Positions 30,903 through 42,045 of a stretch of DNA of 64,000 bases are shown here, one piece after another. Source of the stretch: Endomicrobiales bacterium (lineage in GTDB: Bacteria > Elusimicrobiota > Endomicrobiia > Endomicrobiales > CAWCFT01); assembly GCA_963794945.1 (NCBI GenBank), contig CAWCFT010000003.1:32001-96000 (forward strand). Direction: 5' to 3'. Within the stretch, counting starts at the first letter, position 1. Every line of letters starts with the position of its first letter. The position numbers and the translations under genes are program-made. Below the pieces are notes generated by a model that did no database searches, was not told the origin of the DNA, and saw nothing but the letters and a program-made list of their open reading frames with translations.

Positions 30903-31837
30903 TTAGTATGACTGCTTCGCGTTCGTCAGGCGTTGCCTGTCACGTTCCTCCTGTTGGTGTCGTATGTTCTTTATGGCTTCCGCGAGCTGGCTTGAGACGG
31001 TTGTGACGAGAAGCAGATGGCTGCTCCTGAATGCTCCCGCCGCGGATTTGCTCCACAGCAGAATAAAACCCATCAGCGCCGAATCCTTTGTTATGGGCGA
31101 AACAAGCAGCGATTTCGCGCCTTCTAAAATACTCTCGCCGAGCGGGCTTATGCTTTCAGGTGAAGCGAGGAGCGTGCCCGTCGCCTTCTGCTTTAACAAA
31201 ACCGCCAGAGGGCTTGCCGGGGAGACCTCTCTGGCGTCAGGGGGTGCGCGGCCGGATCAAATTCGTCGTTGAACTCGTTGTAAATGTAACCGCCCCGTCC
31301 TCTGCTTCCGGTATGGCGAGCAGCACCTCATCGAGTATGTTCTTAAGCATATCGCTTTCTTTCTTGTCGCCGGATATTATCTTGCCCGTGTGATAAATGG
31401 TCGCGAGCTCTCTCGAGGTCTCGGTCCAGCCTGTCCATCGTCACCTGCAGAAGGCCCGAAAGCACGCGAAGCCCGGCCCTGGGCTCGTTTGAAATGAACC
31501 TTACGAAATCGCCCCGCTCTATCTTCCACAGGGCCGAGTCCGTCATTGAAACGGCGCCTGCAGTCCTCGGCGAATCCGAGAAAAAGGCCATCTCGCCGAA
31601 AACGCTTCCCGGCCCAAGCACCGCCAGCGTTTTCTCGTGGCCTGGCCCCAGCTTCTTGGATATAGAGATTTCTCCCGAGCTTACTATAAAAAACGAATCC
31701 GCCGCGCGCCCCTGCGGGAATATCTCGGCGCCGGCGCTGAATTTTACTTCTTTCAGCATTTCTGATATTTTCAAAAAAAGGTTCTCTTCCAGGCCGCGGA
31801 AAACGAAAACAGTCCTCAAAAGCGCAAGTTTGTCCAT
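30903..31837 (-). CDS. Cyclic-nucleotide-binding domain plus GAF-like domain protein, several frameshifts
   Basis: cNMP motifs IFPQG, IVSSGEI and GSVFGEMAFF...PRTA. The downstream frame reads LLVSPI....LMGFILL...AF...HLLLVTTVSSQLAEAI, which is GAF-like. Confidence 0.7.
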
Positions 31838-31858
31838 CTTATTCCCTCCGGTACCTGC

Positions 31859-32933
31859 TTACAACGCTCCGCTAGAGCCTCTGCCGCCGCTGCGGATAAA
31901 CTCCGGGTCGTGCGCCTTCGCCGCCGCGTCTTCGGGCGAAACCAGGCCTTCCTGAACAAGTGTAAGGAGCGCCCTGTCGAGGCTCACCATGCCGAACTTA
32001 GAGCCAGTCATAATCGCCGAATATATCTGGTGCGATTTGCCTTCTCGCACCAGGTTCGCTATCGCCGGCGTCACAACCATGACCTCTCTGGCGGCCACCC
32101 TGCCAATGCCGTCGGCTTTCGGCAGCAGTATCTGCGAGACCACCCCTTTGAGCGTAGTCGAAAGCATAACGCGCACCTGCTGCTGCTGGTGCGGCGGAAA
32201 AACGTCTATTATCCTGTCAATGGTCTGCGCGGCGTCGGTTGTGTGCAGCGTGCCGAACACAAGGTGCCCGGTCTCGGCTATGGTCAGCGCCGCGGATATC
32301 GTCTCGAGGTCCCGCATCTCGCCTATAAGCACTATGTCGGGGTCTTCCCTCAGCGCTGACTTAAGCGCGTTAGGAAAACTCTTTGTCTGCAGGCCTATCT
32401 CTCTCTGGCGGACGATGCACTTGAGGTTGTCATAGACATACTCTATCGGGTCTTCTATCGTAAGTATGTGTTCTTCGCGTTTCTGGTTGATAAGGTTTAA
32501 AAGGCAGGCAAGCGTTGTAGATTTGCCCGATCCCGTGGGCCCGGTCACAAGCACGAGGCCCCTCGGCAGGTCGGTGAACTGGATTATGGCCGGTGTCAGC
32601 TTCAGCTCGTCCGGCGAAGGTATTTTCGGCGAGATCACCCTCAGCACCGCTTCGGTGCCGTTCTTCTGCAGGAAAACGTTGATCCTGAAACGGGATATTC
32701 CTGGCACCGAGAAAGAGCAGTCCAGCTCCATGTTCTCTTCGAATTTTGACCTCTGCTCCGTTGTCAACAGCGAGTAGATGAGCCTCTTGGATTCTTCAGC
32801 GGCAACCACCGAAAATTCTTCAAGCTGGCCTCACGCTGCCCCTCACGCGGACCACCGGCGGCCGCCCAATGACCATATGGATGTCTGAAGCCCCTCTTTG
32901 AACAGCTGTTTTCAGTATCTCAGCCATTTCCAT
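31859..32933 (-). CDS. pilT: Type IV pilus retraction ATPase PilT; frameshift at about 32826
   Basis: GPTGSGKSTT, TIEDPIE, ALREDPD, GEMRD, ETGHLVFGTLHT and AIANLVRE. The N-terminus MEMAEILKTAVQRGASDIH is recovered upstream of the indel. Confidence 0.93.
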
Positions 32934-33058
32934 ACAGAACCTCCATCAAACCAGTGATAGTGTTAAGCGGTAAGTAAGGGCAGGCTGAATTAACATTTAA
33001 AGGGCTCTGTTTGTAACTTATCCCTTAACCCTTACCACTTGCCCCTAAGGAACTATTT

Positions 33059-34232
33059 CTATTTAACATCGCAGTCTTCGCCGAGGGTGACGGAAATATC
33101 AACATAGCGTTTGTTGTCGTAAGCGGGTAACCACTTCGCCGCAGGAGAGTATGTCCGCTATCCTCTGCGCCGAGCGCAGGTCGCCGGTAAGGTCTTTTAT
33201 AAGAGTTTTCTTCTGCCTTGTGGCGTAAGTGCCGTAGTTGATGACGTCGAACCCCTGGTTGCGCAGTATCCAGGTCACCTTTTCGGCCAGCTTCACCTTG
33301 CTCGAAGCGTTCCAAACCTCTATGCGCGCCCTCGGACCCTGCGCGGCCGCGGCCGCGGTAGACGTCGAGCAGAGTATCTTGTCAAAAAGCCCCGAGCAGT
33401 TTTCCGCGTCAACTTCCCACATCAGGTCTTTGCGCGGAGCGCCGGGCAGCTGGGCCAGGCGTATGTCGTTAGTGCGCAGGTCCTTAAGCTCGGCCATGCA
33501 CGTTAGCATGTCCCAGAACGAAAGGTTGGTCTTAACTTCCTGAAAGATTATGTTTGCCAGCTGGGGTATGCGCACTATAAGGACGGGGTTCCTAAACTTC
33601 GAAAGGACGGACTTAAGGAACCTCTGCTGGCGGAACACCCTGCCAAGGTCACCGGATTTACCGCGGTACCGCACAAACTCAAGCGCGCCTTTGCCGTCCA
33701 GATGGTGCTTGCCCGCCTCAAAATGTATGTGGAGGTCCTGCGCGTTGTCGTCGTAGTTCATAGGCTCTTCTATCTCGATGTCCGCGCCGCCGATAAGGTC
33801 GATAAACTTCTTAAAACCCGCGTAGTTTAACTGCACGTAATAAGGTATGTTCACCCTGCCGCCCAAAAGCTCTTCAACTGCCAGGCAGGTCTGCCTGCAG
33901 GCGTAGTGGTCGTCTTTCTTTGCGCGGTAGGCTGAAGCGTAAACCTCGTTTATGCGTGAAATGTGGTATCCAGTGGGAGAGAAATGCGTGTCGCGCGGAA
34001 TGGAAACAAGGTTAAGGAACCTGTTCTTTGGGCTGTAATTGACGTAGACCAGCGTGTCGGAGTGCCGCGCGTAGTCTACCCAGTCTGTTCCTATAAGCAG
34101 GCCGTTGATGGGTTTGCCGTCCCTAACCAGCCTCGCTATGGGGCTCGTAACCGTTAAGTATATCGAGGCCGCAACTATCGCGACCACCGCCATCAGTATT
34201 ATCTGGCCTTTGTTGAGCTTAAGATAGGACAT
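33059..34232 (-). CDS. LCP-family protein with LytR_C domain; frameshift at about 33121
   Basis: N-terminal TM; HSDT, VSIPRDT, ALEFVRYR and DLGRVFRQQ; C-terminal IEVWNAS...LA....LRNQGF...DISVTLGED. Confidence 0.88.
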
Positions 34233-34234
34233 TC

Positions 34235-34810
34235 TTATTCCTCTATTATGGAGTTCCAGGCCGCCGCCGCGCAAGGGTGCAGCCAAGCTCTCTTCTTTAT
34301 CACGTAATATATCTTATTCGCCATCGCTTTCCGCACGGCGGTATCAATTTTTGAATAAGCGAGCCTGCGCAGTTTGTTTACGCCCGGGTACCTGCGGTCG
34401 AACGACACCGCATCGGAAATATATATTATCTTGCCAAGCAGGCTCATGTGCTGCGCGCCCAGCGTGTGCGTTTCTATGGCGCGCAGTATATCGGGGTCAG
34501 TTATGCCGAACTCCCGTTTCGCTATGTCGGCGCTTATGTAGCCGTGAAGAAGCGACGGGTTGTGCTTTATAACAAGTTCTTTCTCGGGCACTTTCAAACG
34601 GTATCTGGCCGCGTACTTTACCATGCCTTTTTTATCAAGGCTCTTGCCCGCGTCGTGCAAAAGAGCCGCAAGCTCGGCTTTTTGTTCCTGCACGCCGTAC
34701 TTCGCGGCCAGGTTTTTTGCTATCCTGCATGTCCCGAGCGTGTGTTTGAACCGGCTGCTGCGCAGGCGTTTTTCTAAATATTCGATTATTCTTTCAGTTA
34801 GGTCTTTCAC
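34235..34810 (-). CDS. yqeK: HD-domain Ap4A hydrolase YqeK
   Basis: RFKHTLG, LLHDAGK, LLHG, HTLG and IIYISD; directly downstream of nadD. Confidence 0.88.
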   Translation of the reverse strand: MKDLTERIIEYLEKRLRSSRFKHTLGTCRIAKNLAAKYGVQEQKAELAALLHDAGKSLDKKGMVKYAARYRLKVPEKELVIKHNPSLLHGYISADIAKREFGITDPDILRAIETHTLGAQHMSLLGKIIYISDAVSFDRRYPGVNKLRRLAYSKIDTAVRKAMANKIYYVIKKRAWLHPCAAAAWNSIIEE

Positions 34811-35393
34811 TGTATACGCCGTTCCCCGATATTATTTTAGCGACCTGAGCCGCCACCAGCCCTTTTAACGGCATGCCTTTGGAAGCAAGCCCGCGTATCT
34901 GCGTGGAGGAAACCGCCGGTATCTTTCCCCGCAGGAACTTCACGTAACCGCCGGCGGATCTCTTGGCCGGGACTTTGATACCGCGCCTCTTGCCTGCGAT
35001 AAATACCAGCTGTTTAGTCAGCCTGCCGATATTTTTCCAGGTTTTTAGTTCGGCCAGCGAATCCATGCCGATGATAAAAAATAGCTTGGCGCCCGGGTAA
35101 AGTTTCTTAAAATGGCCGACGGTTTGGTATGTGTAGGTTGCGGGTTTTCTGCCGGTCTCGTAGCGGCTTATGGCGAAATATTTGTAAGGCTTTACCGCTG
35201 CGGAAAGCATCTTAAGTCGTACACCGGCCGGCGCGAGGTTTTTTTTAAGCTTGTGCGGCGGGCATTTCGCCGGGATAAAGATAACTTTGTCCAGCCTGAA
35301 CTCGTCCCGGGCCGCCTTCGCGAGCCCGATGTGCCCGTTGTGCACGGGGTCGAACGAGCCGCCGAATAAACCGATCCTTAAATTGCATTTCAT
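34794..35393 (-). CDS. nadD: Nicotinate-nucleotide adenylyltransferase
   Basis: IGLFGGSFDPVHNGH, PPHK, FIIGMD and VSSTQIR. Confidence 0.95.
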   Translation of the reverse strand: MKCNLRIGLFGGSFDPVHNGHIGLAKAARDEFRLDKVIFIPAKCPPHKLKKNLAPAGVRLKMLSAAVKPYKYFAISRYETGRKPATYTYQTVGHFKKLYPGAKLFFIIGMDSLAELKTWKNIGRLTKQLVFIAGKRRGIKVPAKRSAGGYVKFLRGKIPAVSSTQIRGLASKGMPLKGLVAAQVAKIISGNGVYSERPN

Positions 35394-35622
35394 GTAAAAA
35401 TATTCCTGCTAAAGTCTATCAAAAAGCTGCCCTAAAATCAAACGTTTCCTTGAATAATGCGTTAAAAAGAGATAGAATTTGCTTACCATGGGGCGAGAAA
35501 GAACCTTTACCGGGGAATTCCGTTTATAATTACAAGTCCACATTGCGCCTTGCGCGCGGTGTGGCTTTTTGTTTTACGATGTATCGCATTTTGCGATACC
35601 ATAATGAGGAATGGGTTAATGT

Positions 35623-36697
35623 ATGCACGCAAATAAAAAAATCACATTAATAGGTATTGTTTTAAGCGTGGTGTCCATCGGGTTTGTCTATGGAGACTAC
35701 ACCATATCTACTTTCGCGGGTAATGGGAACCGGGGGTATTCGGGCGACGGGGGGCAGGGCCGATACTGCTGAACTCAACGGGCCTTCCGGCTTAGCGGTA
35801 GATACTTCAGGGTATGTTTACATTGCGGATTTCGGCAATAACGTGATAAGGAAAGTAAACCCCAGGGGCGTCATATCAACTATAGCAGGCAGCGGCGCGC
35901 GTGGTTATTCAGGCGACGCCAGTACAGCAACATTGGCCCAGCTTAACGGCCCTTCCGCTGTGGCTGTGGATGCTTTGGGTAATGTTTACATAGCCGACAG
36001 CGGCAACAACGTAATAAGGAAAGTGGACACCTCGGGCGTCATAACTACTATTGCCGGCACCGGCACGGCGGGTTATTTAGGCAAAAGGGGCCCCGCCACA
36101 TCAATTGAACTTGACGACCCTTCCGGCGTAGCGGTAGACGCCTCGGGCAATGTCTACATAGCCGACAGCAACAACAGCATGGTAAGGAAAGTAAACACCT
36201 CTGGCATGATGTCCACTTTTGCCGGCAACGGTAACCGCGGCGATTACGGCAACAACTGCAATGCAGGTTCGGCTGAACTTAACTCGCCCCGCGGCATAGC
36301 GGTAGACGCTTCCGGCAATGTCTATATAGCTGAAGAATTAAGCCAGCGGATAAGGAAGGTTAACACTTCAGGCATCATATCAACTATTGCCGGAAATGGG
36401 AGAAGCGGCTATTCAGGCGACGGCGGCAGCGCGGTTTCGGCAAAACTTAATACACCCCTCGGTGTTGCGGTAGACGCCGCGGGCAATATCTATATCGCCG
36501 ACGTTGGCAATAATAGGATAAGGAAAGTAGACACTTCCGGCATAATTTCAACCGTAGCTGGTAACGGCACGCGCGGCTATTCGGGAGACGGCGACGCCGC
36601 CTCTTCAGCCCAGCTCAATTCTCCCCGCGGGGTGGCAGTAGACGCTTCGGGGAATATTTATATAGCTGATATTGGGAATGACAGGATAAGGAAATAA
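35623..36697 (+). CDS. Secreted NHL-repeat protein; frameshift at about 35758
   Basis: Six repeats of about 56 aa (L..P.GVAVD.SGNVYIAD..N..IRKV.TSG.I.T.AG.G..GYSGDG). A signal peptide from ATG 35623 lies in a different frame. Confidence 0.9.
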
Positions 36698-36822
36698 AGA
36701 CTACAGAGGAAGCAATAAAATAGAAAAAGAAGAGCATCGAAAGTCATGCGTCATAAGATACAAATTGTGGCAAAACCTAAGTAATCAATATCTGTGTCAT
36801 TAGGCAATCCGGATTGCGTAAG

Positions 36823-38619
36823 ATGAGATCATTATCTAAAATTAACTTCATTACCTTTGCTGTTTTTTTTATTTTACAGTTAACCGCCTGTTCAACCTTG
36901 CCGCCTTTGAAGAAGGGATCTGTTTCTGATGAAAAATATTCCGCCGCGATAGAATCGATAAGGAAAGATATACGCAGCGAGATGAAGAAGCATCATGTTG
37001 TAGGGCTCAGCATTGCAGTGGTGGACGACCAGAAGATAGTTTGGTCGGAAGGGTTCGGGTATGCTTCAAAAACGCAGAAAGTACCGGCTACGGCAGACAC
37101 TATTTACCGCATTGGATCGGTTAGCAAACTATTTACAGCTACAGCGGTTATGCAGCTTTCGGACCGTGGAGAGATCGATATTGATAAACCCCTGAAAGCA
37201 TACCTTCCGGAGTTCAACATAAAAAGCAGGTTTACCGATACCGCGCCTATCACTGTGCGTTCCGTTCTAACCCATCACGCTGGATTACCGAGGGACTATT
37301 TAAAAGGGTGGTTCACGCAGACTTCAACGGGGGCCGTGCAGTCCTGGCAGAACCTCGCGGGTGATGTCGGCAGTGAATATGTGTTGTTCCCTCCAAAATT
37401 CGTTTACGCTTATTCTAACCTCGGGTTCTCGCTTCTTGGGCGGGCGGTGGCGCGAGTTAGCGGGCAGGATTACGACAAGTTTATCTCTTCTAACATTTTT
37501 ACTCCTCTGGGCATGAACCACTCTTCGGTAATGTACAAACCGGAGTTTAAAGCCTATTATTCGGAAGGATATTTCGGCAAGCGGGAAGTGAAGAACGCCG
37601 ACATACACATGCGAGATATGAGCGCCGGGGCTCTGCTCTCCAGCGCTAACGACATGGCCCAATTCATTAAAATGGTGTTCGCGGACGGCGCCTCAGGGCA
37701 GGGTGCTATCCTTAAACCTGGAACGCTTAAAGAAATGCTTACCCCGCAAAACACGTCCGTTAAACTCGACGGTAAAATTCACGGCGGCCTCGCTTACGGG
37801 CTGAGCGGCATAAAGGAGCTTGACTATGTTTTTACCGCGACGCACGGCGGGTATCTGCCTCCATTCCACAGCATGGTCATTATGGCGCCGGACCAGAAAC
37901 TGGGAGTGGTAGTGCTTGTCAACACCGACGGCAGCAACCCTAACAAGCTGGCTGTTAAAATGCTTTCTACGATGATCGAGGCAAAAACCGGCTTGAAAGC
38001 CCCGGAAAAAACAAAGGCCGTGCTGAAAGTAGTGCCGCTGTCGAAACAGGAGCAGGGCCTTTACCGTGCATATTTCGGAGCCTACAACCTTTTAGGGGAA
38101 GACGGCAGTTTGCTTGAGATCGAGCCGTCGGCCAAGGATCTTGCTGTAAAAGTTGATGGTCGCAGGACAATTCATCTTATACCCACAGGAAAAAACGCCT
38201 TTTACTTTAAGGTAAACCTTTTGAGCGTTTTTCCGGTAAGGTTGAAAAATAAAAACCTGAACATTGATTTTATCGATGATAACACCGCGGTGGTGCGCTC
38301 GCTCGGCGTACCGTACATGATAATAGAGCGCGTGGCCAAGGCTCCTCTTCCCGAAACATGGAAAAAGCGGTGGGCAAATATGGGTTAACCAACCCAGACC
38401 TGAATTTCCCGATAAAAAGCAAGGCAGCGGAATTATGCTGGGACGATAAACACAGTGTTCTCTTTATTAGATGGGGCTGGCAAAAAACTCCCCTTAAAAC
38501 CGTTTTCGGACGATAACGCGGTGATGTACGGGATGGGCGCTACTATCCGCGCTGAAAAACGCGGAGGAGAAGAACACTTGACGTTTTCGGGGTTTGATTT
38601 TGCCAAAGGCAGAAAGTAG
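36823..38619 (+). CDS. Serine hydrolase (beta-lactamase-like) lipoprotein; C-terminal frameshifts after about 38370
   Basis: Lipobox LTAC; SVSK (SxxK), LTHHAG, YSN and HGG motifs. A plausible continuation runs to TAG 38619. Confidence 0.85.
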
Positions 38620-38758
38620 TGCAATAAATGGTGTCAGCTGTAAAGTAATAAGTCAAGGAAAGCCAACTTGACAACTTAAGGAATACGACTAAATTATATA
38701 TTGTTAAAAATTAGGAAGCAAAAATAATTTTCAAGAATAATTTTCAAGGAGGCAGTTT

Positions 38759-38966
38759 ATGACACTTTTTAGAGATTATACTTTTCACTGGTGGCAGTTT
38801 AGTTTGTTGAAGTTATGTATATTGGCGCTGGGGATACTGGTGGGTAGTTACTGGCACGAGTATTTCCATGGCTGGCGGCGTTATAGCCCTGCTTTGGGCG
38901 GTGTTTATTTTGATAGCTGCATATCTCTTGGCCGTTGTATTTAAAAAAATGAAAAGCGCGCAATAA
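38759..38966 (+). CDS. Small two-TM membrane protein; frameshift at about 38878
   Basis: GGAGG RBS; two hydrophobic helices once the frames are joined (...VIALLWAVFILIAAYLLAVVF). Confidence 0.6.
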
Positions 38967-38993
38967 TACTTAAAAAATAAGGGGAGACGCAAA

Positions 38994-39359
38994 ATGAACA
39001 AAAAAGTCATGATAGTTGACGATGAACTTGATGTGAGGGATACAGTCGTTCGCAATCTTACGCTAAGAGGGCTGGAGGCTGTGTCCGCGTCCGGATATGA
39101 GGAATGCCTCGAACACCTTAAAGGCGGTTTTACGGGTGTCATCTTCATGGACCTGATCATGCCGAAGAAAGACGGCTGGGATACGATACGCGAAATAGTA
39201 AAGCGCGGGTACGATAGTAAAGTCGTTATCGCTCTTCTTACCGCGAGCCTCGACCCCACCCCCGCCAAATCGGAAGGCCTGGTAAAATACGTAGCGGATT
39301 ATGTGCACAAACCAACTGACCTTAACGAGATATTTGATACTGCAAAAAAGTATCTCTGA
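38994..39359 (+). CDS. Single-domain response regulator
   Basis: VMIVDDE, IFMDLIMPKKDG, LTA and HKP. Confidence 0.88.
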   Translation: MNKKVMIVDDELDVRDTVVRNLTLRGLEAVSASGYEECLEHLKGGFTGVIFMDLIMPKKDGWDTIREIVKRGYDSKVVIALLTASLDPTPAKSEGLVKYVADYVHKPTDLNEIFDTAKKYL

Positions 39360-39360
39360 C

Positions 39361-39583
39361 TTGTGTAATTCCGCCCAGCTTGCCGGGCAGTTACCTTGGG
39401 TTGGTAGTGCCCTAAAGGGTACTTCCAAAAGATATTCTAATAGTTGGTTGTCTTTGCGGGCGAAGCAGCTTGCCCGCCTGTATGTAGTGGCGGGAAGCAA
39501 TCTCAAACAATATTGAAAGCGAACATCGAGATCGCCACGGCCATCTGCGATGGCCTCGCGAAGACAATCATTTGATACCGCCC
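39361..39583 (+). repeat. Structured dispersed repeat of about 220 bp, copy 1
   Basis: Aligns with 47081-47301 and shares CCAAAAGATATTCTAATAGTTGGT and GCGAAGCAGCTTGCCCGCCTGTATGTAGTGGCGGGAAGCAATCTCAAA exactly. Confidence 0.9.
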
Positions 39584-39623
39584 AGTATGCAGGGCGGAGG
39601 TTTATTAGTAAAGGAGCAAGTTT

Positions 39624-40199
39624 ATGGAGATCACGCAAGAACTAAGAAGTATAGTCAGCCCAGGCAAGACGGCGTTGTTGGTTTGGGACGTGCAGAACAG
39701 GCTGGTTAGCTCTATTTTTAACCGCGATGAGTTTTTGGCAAATACCAACAAGCTTATTGCCAGGGCTCGGGAGAAGGGGGTACCTGTAATATTTTCTAAG
39801 TCCACTCCCCTGCCGGACAAGTTCGCGTCGCCGGTTATGAAGTTTATCTGGCGGGAGCGTTTCAAGAAAATGGCGCAGGCGCCAAACGGGCAAGACCTGA
39901 CTATTCCGGCGCTTGAAAATGATATTGTGATACCTAAAAATACCGCCAGTATGTTCGTCGGCACCAACTTTGAGCTTATACTCAGGAACGCCGGGCTTAC
40001 AACCATTGTTTTTACCGGTATAGCCACTGAGTTTGGCGTGGAATCCAGCGCGCGCGACGCGTCAAACAGGGGCTTTTTTCCGGTTATCGCGACCGACGCT
40101 GTGTCCTCGTTTGACCAGGAAGCCCACAAGCGTTCGCTTGCGAACATGGCCAACATGATGATACTTTTAAGTAGTGATGAGATCGTTAAGCTGTGGTAA
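39624..40199 (+). CDS. Isochorismatase-family cysteine hydrolase
   Basis: TALLVWDVQN, IPKNTASMF and TGIATEFGVESSARDA. Confidence 0.88.
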   Translation: MEITQELRSIVSPGKTALLVWDVQNRLVSSIFNRDEFLANTNKLIARAREKGVPVIFSKSTPLPDKFASPVMKFIWRERFKKMAQAPNGQDLTIPALENDIVIPKNTASMFVGTNFELILRNAGLTTIVFTGIATEFGVESSARDASNRGFFPVIATDAVSSFDQEAHKRSLANMANMMILLSSDEIVKLW

Positions 40200-40299
40200 G
40201 TCCTGTTAGAGCGGTATAAACGAAAATACAGTCTCGGCATGGAGTCACCTATGAAAGAAAAAGTCAAGGTGACAAAAAGTATCTCCGCAGTAGTTTCTA

Positions 40300-41595
40300 A
40301 CTACTGATCTGTTCTGTTAAACAAGTTCTTTGGCCGTTCGCCCGCTTTGTATCGTAAGAAGCTCCGAAAATATCCGGACTTCAGTCACCTATTGGCAGCT
40401 CTGCACTTGGCGGACTGCATGATAGAATCGGGCGACGCCCCTCCGCTAATCAGACTTGTTGAAGCTGTCAGCCTTGCGGCGGACACTTCAGGCACCATTG
40501 AGCGCGAGGGACGCCGTAGTCCGTATATAATATGGCCGCTTATCTTTCAAAACTCGATACACAATTTTCAATAAATCTCTGGCAAGAGCCACTCGCGCCA
40601 CGTTGGGCGCTTTCCGTTTGGCTATAGCTTCATACTTTTCTGTTCGTTCAACGCTGCTCTTTGAAAAATGGTGAACTGCCTCAATCAATATCCACTGTAG
40701 GTGTTTACGCCGATTCTTATTTAAAGAACCGTGATATTCTTTGTCGGCGCTCTGGAATGTTCTCGGTGCAAGGCCTGCGTACGCGCAGAGGCGGTTAAAT
40801 GTTGTAAAACGGCTAATATCGCCTATCTCGCTTTTAATAAGCAACGCACCAAAACTGCCTATCCCAGGAATACTTTCAAGATTCCGCGCGTCGGGATCAC
40901 TTTCGGCTATTGCATGTAGTTGCCACCCGATACGGTTTTCACGCGCATTCAAAGCGCCTATTTGCTCAATCCAGTTTTCTGCGGCAATCCGGCACGGTTC
41001 AGATAATTTGTTCACCGCAATACTATTCAATTGCTTCATTGAAGTATAGTCACCCGTTGACATCTGTCCATGGCGATCAAGCAGTGACTTTAACCGTGCT
41101 GTGTTCCGCGTTCGTTCACTGACAATGCTCATCCGGCAATGCAATAGTTCTTTAATAGCTCGTATCTTCTTGTCTGGCAGCTCTACTGTAGGTAAATAGC
41201 CCTTACGGAGCACATCGGCTATAAGCCGGGCATCTATCTTGTCTGTTTTCTTGTTTCGTTTTGTAAATGCTTTCAGCTCGTACGAATTCGCCAGGTATAC
41301 TTTATCAGCATATTCTTCGGCGAGATCAACGAAATAGTACCAATTGTAAGTCGTTTCAACTGCAAGCGTAAATGGTCGTGGGAGCGTTTTATAATATGAT
41401 CGCAACACTTCTGGCAAATTTGCTATACTCTGGCTGTCAATCCGTTTGCCCTGCTCGTTCGTCACGTAAAACCAAGAACGCTCTTTGTGCAAGTCTACAC
41501 CAACATAATTCATGGCAACCTCCTCGTTTTGTCTTATTGCTCGATACAATAAGTTTAACAAAACTAGATGGAGGTTGCTTTCATATTATCAGGCT
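40300..41595 (-). mobile_element. IS110-family element (ends approximate)
   Basis: Transposase with a short hairpin-forming 5' end (41515-41578) and about 190 nt of non-coding sequence 3' of the gene. Confidence 0.75.
40488..41513 (-). CDS. IS110-family DEDD recombinase/transposase, apparently intact
   Basis: YVGVDLHK, AVETT, KTDKIDA, SIPGIG, EIGDISRF and AYAGLAP...QSA; GGAGG RBS before ATG 41513. Confidence 0.93.
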   Translation of the reverse strand: MNYVGVDLHKERSWFYVTNEQGKRIDSQSIANLPEVLRSYYKTLPRPFTLAVETTYNWYYFVDLAEEYADKVYLANSYELKAFTKRNKKTDKIDARLIADVLRKGYLPTVELPDKKIRAIKELLHCRMSIVSERTRNTARLKSLLDRHGQMSTGDYTSMKQLNSIAVNKLSEPCRIAAENWIEQIGALNARENRIGWQLHAIAESDPDARNLESIPGIGSFGALLIKSEIGDISRFTTFNRLCAYAGLAPRTFQSADKEYHGSLNKNRRKHLQWILIEAVHHFSKSSVERTEKYEAIAKRKAPNVARVALARDLLKIVYRVLKDKRPYYIRTTASLALNGA

Positions 41596-41618
41596 TAGCG
41601 TAGAGGTAATGGAAAAAC

Positions 41619-42023
41619 ATGAAGAATAATATAGCTATACTTCGCATTAGTTATTGGTTCGGAGCTATTCTCGATGGCATTATGGTCATTCCGATGTTAT
41701 TTCCAAATATTGGCGGAATAATGTTTGGAATAAATAATTTTCATCCGGGTAATGATTATAAGTACGCAATGATGATAGGCGCTTCATTAATGTTGGGTTG
41801 GGCTATCTTGCTGTTATGGGCCGACAGGAAACCGCTTGAACGTAAAGGTGTAATCCTGATAACCATGTTTCCGGTTGTAACAGGCATGATACTGTCCGGT
41901 GTCTATGCTGTAAGTACCGGGCTGATAAGAATAGAAAAGATGGCCCCGACCTGGATACTTCAAGCGGTTCTTCTGCTATTATTTATGTACGGTTATTTTT
42001 CGGCTTGCAAAGAGACTGCATAA
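41619..42023 (+). CDS. Four-TM membrane protein
   Basis: Four hydrophobic segments; GASLMLGW..LLLWADRKP.ERKG. Confidence 0.75.
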   Translation: MKNNIAILRISYWFGAILDGIMVIPMLFPNIGGIMFGINNFHPGNDYKYAMMIGASLMLGWAILLLWADRKPLERKGVILITMFPVVTGMILSGVYAVSTGLIRIEKMAPTWILQAVLLLLFMYGYFSACKETA

Positions 42024-42045
42024 ATTCAGATAAAAAGAGGCACAT

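Noticed and set aside
36823..38619. Antibiotic-resistance beta-lactamase
   Set aside because: The SxxK/YxN/HxG motifs define a broad serine hydrolase family. Substrate cannot be inferred from the sequence.
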